Assembly (NCBI GenBank): GCA_041562555.1
Contig: JBFEXS010000049.1
Span: forward strand, 1-15,531
Source: Sulfurimonadaceae bacterium
GTDB lineage: Bacteria > Campylobacterota > Campylobacteria > Campylobacterales > Sulfurimonadaceae
Length of the DNA stretch: 15,531 nucleotides
Reading direction: 5' to 3'
Part shown: one piece after another, positions 7,173 through 12,502 of the stretch
Numbering within the stretch: position 1 is the first letter of the stretch
Layout: the number at the start of each line of letters is the position of its first letter
Program-made: the position numbers and the translations under genes
Notes under the pieces: generated by a model
What the model saw: only the letters and a program-made list of their open reading frames with translations
Database searches by the model: none
What the model was told of the DNA's origin: nothing

Positions 7173-9014
7173 ATGAAACTGTTTCTATTATCACTTTTTA
7201 TCTCTACAAGTCTGTATGCTCTTATTAGTGAGTTCAAAAGTGATGATTATCAAATCATTATAGGGAAACACTTTGATGATGAGGCCTATGACATCATCGA
7301 AGACCACGACCATTCTATCTCCGTTATAGGGTATACTCAAGACTTTTCAAGGCAAGAACCAAAAGCACACAGCTATCGAAATGCCTTTGATTACCTCTCT
7401 TCCATCAACACCCACAATGGAGAGCAACTACGTCTTGTCTCTTTAGATATGCAGGCTCAGATACTGCTCGATAAGAGCTTTTCACTTTCAGACTATAACC
7501 GGGGTACGCAGATTCTCAAAGATGCTTATAACAGATATCTTCTTGGAGGATATACTCATAATGGTCAGATGCTGATCAGTTCTGTGGATATCAATGGTGA
7601 AGAGGTATATCTAAAGCAATTCGGCACGGCAAATTTTGATCGACTCCATGCACTTGTTCAGTTGAATGATGGCGGGAGTGTTGCAATCGGGACTTCCCAA
7701 ACTTCTCGAAATCGACATGATGATATATTTGTACAGGGATTGGGACGAAGCGATGTCTATCTTGTAAACTTTGATAAATATGGCCAAATTCGCTGGAAGA
7801 AGAAATATGGTTCACCTAAAAAAGACACAGGGAAAGACGGTGTCGCATCTCATGATGGAGGGTTTATTCTTCTAAGTACCTCCGAGGATGGGAACAGTTC
7901 TGAAATCATTGCGGCGAAAATAAATGACACCGGAAATACTTCCTGGATCAAAAGCTATCCAAAGCCCGGGCGGAACAAGGCATATAAAATCATTCAGACT
8001 TTGCAAGGTGATTACCTTATACTTGGTAGCTTTGAAAATAAAAATGCTCAAGACAACATACGACTTATCAAAATAGATAAAGAGGGAAACACTCTTTGGG
8101 AAAAGAACTACTACACAAATGCGAATGAATCACTCTATGACCTATCCGTCGATCAAAAAGGGAATATCATTGGCGTAGGCTATACCCAAGGAGATGCACA
8201 GTCTGATATGGATGCACTGGTGCGCTATTATGATCATAAAGGAATTCCTATATGGGAGAGAAGTTTTGGTAAAGATCGGCAAGATACCTTTAGAACAGTC
8301 ACCCTTTTGCATGATAACAGTTTTGCTATTGCAGGGTTCACAAACTCCTATGCAGATAAAAAACGCCAGATATGGGTCTTAAAGATAAATGATGACGGAA
8401 GCCTTGTAAAGAAACAGCATAGTATCACCAAGGACATCTATTCAGATCTTCAAGGAAAGCTTATGGACGATTCTACACCTGTTCATATCAATAAAGAAAA
8501 CACCTATCTGCCATCCAGCAGTACAAGGCACAAAACAGACAATACGGATGTCATCAAGCATTCGACCTCTTCTACGACCCCAAAAAACAGTTTCCATGAC
8601 GTAGCACTCTTTAAAGATCTTCGAATAACCCATGATGGGCTTGTCTTCAAACAAGGCAGTTCTACGTTAACAGCAGAACATAAACAGATCCTTGAGCGCT
8701 TTATTCCAAAACTGATCGAAAGTCTTCTCCCATACAAAGATAAAATAAAAAACATCAAGATCAAAGGACATACATCTACTGAATGGAATGCTCCGGATAC
8801 ACAGCGCTACCTCAATAATGCTCAATTATCCAATAACCGGGCAATGAGTGTACTCAACTATAGTTATCAAATCGAACAGATAAAACCTCAACAAAAATGG
8901 ATGAGTGAGATTTTCACCACAGATGGTTATTCATATTCCGATCTGATCTATCTCAATGACAAAGAGGACAAAATACGCTCACGTAGAGTAGAGTTTGAGA
9001 TCATACTGAAATAA
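7173..9014 (+). CDS. Secreted beta-propeller repeat protein with C-terminal OmpA/MotB-like peptidoglycan-binding domain
   Basis: Signal peptide MKLFLLSLFISTSLYA; seven roughly 50-aa repeats of type W.K.(Y/F)G....D.......DG.....G.T; a Ser/Thr-rich linker; C-terminal F..GSS.L, I.I.GHT, N..LS..RA.SV..Y, G and SRRVEF motifs of the OmpA_C/MotB family. Confidence 0.8.
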   Translation: MKLFLLSLFISTSLYALISEFKSDDYQIIIGKHFDDEAYDIIEDHDHSISVIGYTQDFSRQEPKAHSYRNAFDYLSSINTHNGEQLRLVSLDMQAQILLDKSFSLSDYNRGTQILKDAYNRYLLGGYTHNGQMLISSVDINGEEVYLKQFGTANFDRLHALVQLNDGGSVAIGTSQTSRNRHDDIFVQGLGRSDVYLVNFDKYGQIRWKKKYGSPKKDTGKDGVASHDGGFILLSTSEDGNSSEIIAAKINDTGNTSWIKSYPKPGRNKAYKIIQTLQGDYLILGSFENKNAQDNIRLIKIDKEGNTLWEKNYYTNANESLYDLSVDQKGNIIGVGYTQGDAQSDMDALVRYYDHKGIPIWERSFGKDRQDTFRTVTLLHDNSFAIAGFTNSYADKKRQIWVLKINDDGSLVKKQHSITKDIYSDLQGKLMDDSTPVHINKENTYLPSSSTRHKTDNTDVIKHSTSSTTPKNSFHDVALFKDLRITHDGLVFKQGSSTLTAEHKQILERFIPKLIESLLPYKDKIKNIKIKGHTSTEWNAPDTQRYLNNAQLSNNRAMSVLNYSYQIEQIKPQQKWMSEIFTTDGYSYSDLIYLNDKEDKIRSRRVEFEIILK

Positions 9015-9072
9015 GCTCATATAATAAGCATCGAAGATATAGTTAAAGAAATTTATTGAAGTAGAGAGTGTG

Positions 9073-9098
9073 AAGAAAAGCGTACGATATCAGTACGC
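9073..9098 (-). terminator. Intrinsic terminator of the cytochrome c gene
   Basis: On the minus strand, GCGTAC-TGATATC-GTACGC is followed by TTTTCTT, about 45-70 nt downstream of the stop. Confidence 0.65.
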
Positions 9099-9144
9099 CA
9101 TAGCCAGCTTCCCACGCAGGATGCGCCGAAGCTAAGCTTTTAGA

Positions 9145-9477
9145 TTAACCACAAGAAGGAACGTTTCCTGAGTCTGAACCATATTGATATAGGAAGTCTT
9201 TCAAGTGTGGTGCAAGCTTGTTGAATTTTTTACTACCAAAGAATTTCTCACCTTTAGTACCAGCGTGCTTCTCAATGATCATCTTAGCATCATTTTCAAA
9301 AAGTGCTTCCCAACCAGCTTGAGTATTCATAGATGCACCTTTAGTACCATTACCATGACATTTTTTACAAGTCTTTAGGTAACCCTTCTGACCTTTCTTG
9401 ATATCAGCTGATACAGCTGTAGACATTAGGCCAAGAGAAACGATCGCAGCCATCAAAACAGATGTTTGTTTTTTCAT
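9145..9477 (-). CDS. Small periplasmic monoheme cytochrome c
   Basis: Sec signal peptide ending AVSA-D, a single CKKCH heme-binding motif, a GGAG RBS at 9485-9488, and a C-terminal SDSGNVPSCG. Confidence 0.88.
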   Translation of the reverse strand: MKKQTSVLMAAIVSLGLMSTAVSADIKKGQKGYLKTCKKCHGNGTKGASMNTQAGWEALFENDAKMIIEKHAGTKGEKFFGSKKFNKLAPHLKDFLYQYGSDSGNVPSCG

Positions 9478-9635
9478 TACAGAACTCCATAATTTAAGTT
9501 AGGTGACATGATACTCACTAATCGATAAATTAGAGATAAAACTTTCAATTTATCCGTGTTTCTCTGTTATCTTGTTTTATTTTAACCTTAAAAGTGGGGA
9601 TTAACTACTATTATCAATGAAGAAGTGTTTTTTTC

Positions 9636-9644
9636 TGATATAAT
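9636..9644 (+). promoter_or_regulatory. Extended -10 promoter (TGnTATAAT) for the 9677 gene
   Basis: TGATATAAT preceded by a T-tract, about 33 nt upstream of the ATG; AAGGAA RBS at 9664-9669. Confidence 0.6.
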
Positions 9645-9676
9645 CAAAAACTAGCCTCATAAAAAGGAAGCCTGAT

Positions 9677-10081
9677 ATGTCCAAATTTTCACTCTTGATA
9701 TCCCTATGTACAATTTCGCTTTTCGCGACAGACGCTTTAATCTGTGGTGTTGTCAGTGAGGATGATATTCTTAAAATCAAATGTAAATATAAGACAAGCT
9801 CAAAAGAGTATGATAGAAATATTTCAATGGCATGGACATCACCATCCACCCCTCAGGATGACAGGTTTAAAACCCTTTCACTTCCTGCATATCATGTCTC
9901 TGTCTATGATTACCGATATTTTGATGGTCGTGCAGACGGATCGTGGACTATTTCTGCCACGGATGAGGAAACTGGCCAAGTAACAACGACACAGTTTGTA
10001 AAAGAGGACCTTAGCGAAGCTAATACAATGTCAGCTCCCTGCAAGAACTCGGATCTTAACACCCCTTCGCCGGTAAAGTAA
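9677..10081 (+). CDS. Small secreted hypothetical protein (beta-rich, Cys-containing)
   Basis: Signal peptide MSKFSLLISLCTISLFA, a good RBS and promoter, and a 134-aa ORF converging on the 10090-10392 gene. Confidence 0.75.
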   Translation: MSKFSLLISLCTISLFATDALICGVVSEDDILKIKCKYKTSSKEYDRNISMAWTSPSTPQDDRFKTLSLPAYHVSVYDYRYFDGRADGSWTISATDEETGQVTTTQFVKEDLSEANTMSAPCKNSDLNTPSPVK

Positions 10082-10089
10082 GCTCAGGC

Positions 10090-10392
10090 TTACTCCTCTT
10101 CTTTGATAAAGATCTCTTTGCTGACTTTAGCCTGTTTGATCTTGCGCATCGCCTTTTTTATCAACAATGGAACATCTTCTATCTTAACACTTACCCGTTC
10201 AGCGATAGCTTCATCCGAGCTCTGGCCTTCTTTCATGCAAAAAGCATGTAACTCTTTCCGTGTCAGATGACGTTTCAATACTCTAAACAGCTCTTTTTCG
10301 TCTTCTAATACCTTTACATCCTGATTGTTAAGGATCTTGACCAATGTCGCATGCAAAGACTTATCAGCACACTCTTGCTCCCAATAGGTCAT
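10090..10392 (-). CDS. Hypothetical protein with a sigma-70 region-4-like helix-turn-helix
   Basis: LTRKELHAFCMK....SDEAIAERVSV....V....KKAMRKIK resembles the LT.RE.......EIA..L.VS...V.....A..KL pattern; ATGA overlap with the serB stop. Confidence 0.65.
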   Translation of the reverse strand: MTYWEQECADKSLHATLVKILNNQDVKVLEDEKELFRVLKRHLTRKELHAFCMKEGQSSDEAIAERVSVKIEDVPLLIKKAMRKIKQAKVSKEIFIKEEE

Positions 10393-11015
10393 AGACTCAC
10401 CTTATCCAGTATCTCTGTCAGATCTTTGTTTTCTATAATGATATTAGCCTCTTTTTTCAAGATTTCCTTCGCACAAAAGGCAACACGTGTATCCGCATGA
10501 ACAAACATCGATCTGTCATTCGCACCATCACCTACTACCATCGTCTCTTCTCGGCTCACACCCAGAATATTCTGCATACGTTGGATCATATCCCCCTTGG
10601 AAAAATCAAACATCATGTCTCCACCGACAAGGCCTGTAAGTTTTCCATCTTTGTGATGCAGTACATTTGAAAAATCCGCATCATACCCGAGCATCTCCTT
10701 CCCGTACGTCGTGGCCGTTCTAAACCCACCGCTAAAGCAGATAACCGTTGCACCGGATTTTTTCAAGGCACTGATCGTTTCCTTTGCTCCCGGCATAAAA
10801 GGAAGTGAGTTGCAAATCTCTTCAACCTTTGAAAAATCCAAGCCTTTCAACAAAGAGACACGTTCTGTCAGACTCTCAAAAAAGTCCATCTCACCTTGCA
10901 TCGCTTTTTCGGTAATCGCCGCCACTTTATCTTTTAGACCAAGAGGCTCGGCAAAGAAATCTATTGTTTCTCCGTCCATCAAGGTTGAATCAAAATCAAA
11001 TACGCATAGTTTCAT
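10389..11015 (-). CDS. serB: Phosphoserine phosphatase (HAD family)
   Basis: Motifs VFDFDSTLMDGETID, ITEKAM.GE.DF.ESL.ERV.LLKG, SGGF and GDGAND. Confidence 0.95.
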   Translation of the reverse strand: MKLCVFDFDSTLMDGETIDFFAEPLGLKDKVAAITEKAMQGEMDFFESLTERVSLLKGLDFSKVEEICNSLPFMPGAKETISALKKSGATVICFSGGFRTATTYGKEMLGYDADFSNVLHHKDGKLTGLVGGDMMFDFSKGDMIQRMQNILGVSREETMVVGDGANDRSMFVHADTRVAFCAKEILKKEANIIIENKDLTEILDKVSL

Positions 11016-11040
11016 TTATTCTCTTTATGTAGCAATATAT

Positions 11041-11049
11041 TGCTATAAT
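11041..11049 (+). promoter_or_regulatory. Extended -10 (TGCTATAAT) for metF
   Basis: Perfect TGnTATAAT 40 nt upstream of the TTG start. Confidence 0.6.
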
Positions 11050-11066
11050 GCTGTTAATTAAATGCA

Positions 11067-11072
11067 ATTATA
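11067..11072 (-). promoter_or_regulatory. -10 box (TATAAT) for serB
   Basis: ATTATA on + is TATAAT on -, about 50 nt upstream of the serB ATG. Confidence 0.55.
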
Positions 11073-11088
11073 GCGTATAGGAAAAATA

Positions 11089-12000
11089 TTGTTTGAAGAA
11101 CTTATAAACAACCTACAAAATGGCAGACACATCACTCTCGAGACAACACCTTCTCACTCTCCTGTTTTCCAACCTATCATCGATAAGATTAAAGACTTAG
11201 AACTCGATACACTTGTAGATGGCTTTTCCACAACAGACAACCCTCTGGCAAAACTGAAATATAATGCAATCCTCGCTGCCTTGAGACTCCAACAGGAGTT
11301 CAATAAGCCTGTTCTGGCGACAATGAGTATGCGTGACAGGAACCGTATCGCTCTTCAATCAGACCTCCTGGGTGCGAATGAGTTTGACGTACGTTCTATC
11401 CTTGCACTTACGGGTGACAGTGCTTCTATGTCTGATCAACCTAATGCGAAAGGTGTCTTTGACGGCAACTCTAACCTTCTTTTGGATATTGTTTCCTGTC
11501 TTAACTCCGGGATCGATTATGCAGGTAAGCCACTTGCACAAAAACCGAAGATGATCTATCCGTTTGCTGTCACAAACTCTTTTTCAACCAATCCAAAGAC
11601 CCTGCAGAAAAAAATGAAAAAAAAGATAGAACACGGTGCACTTGGTCTTATATCCCAACCGGTCTATGACATTGATAATGCAAAGCTGCTCTTGGACCTC
11701 CTCGAAAATGCCAAGAACGACTGCTGTGAATCTGCACAAAAAGCACAAATGGTATTAGGTATCTTTCCTATCACAAAACTTCGTACTGCACAATTTTTAG
11801 CATCACATGTTCCTGGTATACATGTTCCTAAGCTCTGGATTGAGTCTCTACGCAAGGCCCATGCCATTTCTGCCGAAGAAGAGTATAAAGTTGGATTTGA
11901 GTTGAGTAAGAACCTGTTTGACGATATAATGAAGTTACATCCCAAGGTGCATTTAATGACGGCCAATCAGTTTCAGATAGCCAAAGATATCCTCTCTTGA
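11089..12000 (+). CDS. metF: Methylenetetrahydrofolate reductase (MetF family)
   Basis: Motifs TDNPLA, MRDRNRIALQSDLLGA, ILALTGD, KKKIEHGA...ISQPVYD, GIFPI and VPGIHVP; TTG start with an AGGA RBS at 11079-11082. Confidence 0.88.
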   Translation: MFEELINNLQNGRHITLETTPSHSPVFQPIIDKIKDLELDTLVDGFSTTDNPLAKLKYNAILAALRLQQEFNKPVLATMSMRDRNRIALQSDLLGANEFDVRSILALTGDSASMSDQPNAKGVFDGNSNLLLDIVSCLNSGIDYAGKPLAQKPKMIYPFAVTNSFSTNPKTLQKKMKKKIEHGALGLISQPVYDIDNAKLLLDLLENAKNDCCESAQKAQMVLGIFPITKLRTAQFLASHVPGIHVPKLWIESLRKAHAISAEEEYKVGFELSKNLFDDIMKLHPKVHLMTANQFQIAKDILS

Positions 12001-12007
12001 CAGAGGC

Positions 12008-12502
12008 TTAGAAGTCTCTCTCTAAAAGCTTATCGACTTTAAGTATTGTCAGGATCTTGTCATCTTGCTTTCCAACACCTTCGATCAAACTTTTCTCCTG
12101 CATAGCCGTTTCCGGTGCCGGACCTATTTCACTTTTTTTCAGACGGATCGCTTCCGTTAATCTATCGATCACGAAACCTGCTGTTTCCGTCTCATTCTTC
12201 ATGACAATAAAACGACTGTTCTCTGTCATCTTCTCACTAGGAAGACCAAATTTAAGTCGCAAATCGATCAAAGGGATAACCGAACCACGTAGATTAAAGA
12301 CTCCAAGAACATAAGCCGGTGTACGCGGGACACGTGTCCATTCGATAGGTTTGATAATCTCTTGAATCGTTAAAATAGGCACAGAAAACTCTTCATCTCC
12401 GACCACGAATCCTACCAGCTGCACAATATCATTCAAGTTCTCTTCGTCTGGAGAGATCTGATCCTGCTGTTTGTTGATGATGTCTTGTAACTTGTCACTC
12501 AT
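12008..12502 (-). CDS. cheW: Chemotaxis coupling protein CheW
   Basis: QLVGFVVGDEEF, IQEII, TRVP..P.YVLGVFNLRGSVIPLIDLR and GFVID motifs; ATGA overlap with cheA. Confidence 0.96.
   Translation of the reverse strand: MSDKLQDIINKQQDQISPDEENLNDIVQLVGFVVGDEEFSVPILTIQEIIKPIEWTRVPRTPAYVLGVFNLRGSVIPLIDLRLKFGLPSEKMTENSRFIVMKNETETAGFVIDRLTEAIRLKKSEIGPAPETAMQEKSLIEGVGKQDDKILTILKVDKLLERDF

Noticed and set aside
5782..9014. A complete Zorya system or a prophage/mobile island
   Set aside because: No ZorA-like membrane protein, ZorC/D/E effector, integrase, transposase or flanking att repeats were seen; only the ZorB-like domain is supported.
9601..9849. 82-aa minus-strand ORF overlapping the 9677 gene
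   Set aside because: The + strand ORF has a promoter, RBS and signal peptide; this one has no comparable support.
11608..11624. A7-TG-A8 homopolymer tract in metF as a phase-variation or frameshift site
   Set aside because: It encodes KKMKKK in an intact frame; phase variation in this phylum typically uses longer poly-G/C tracts.
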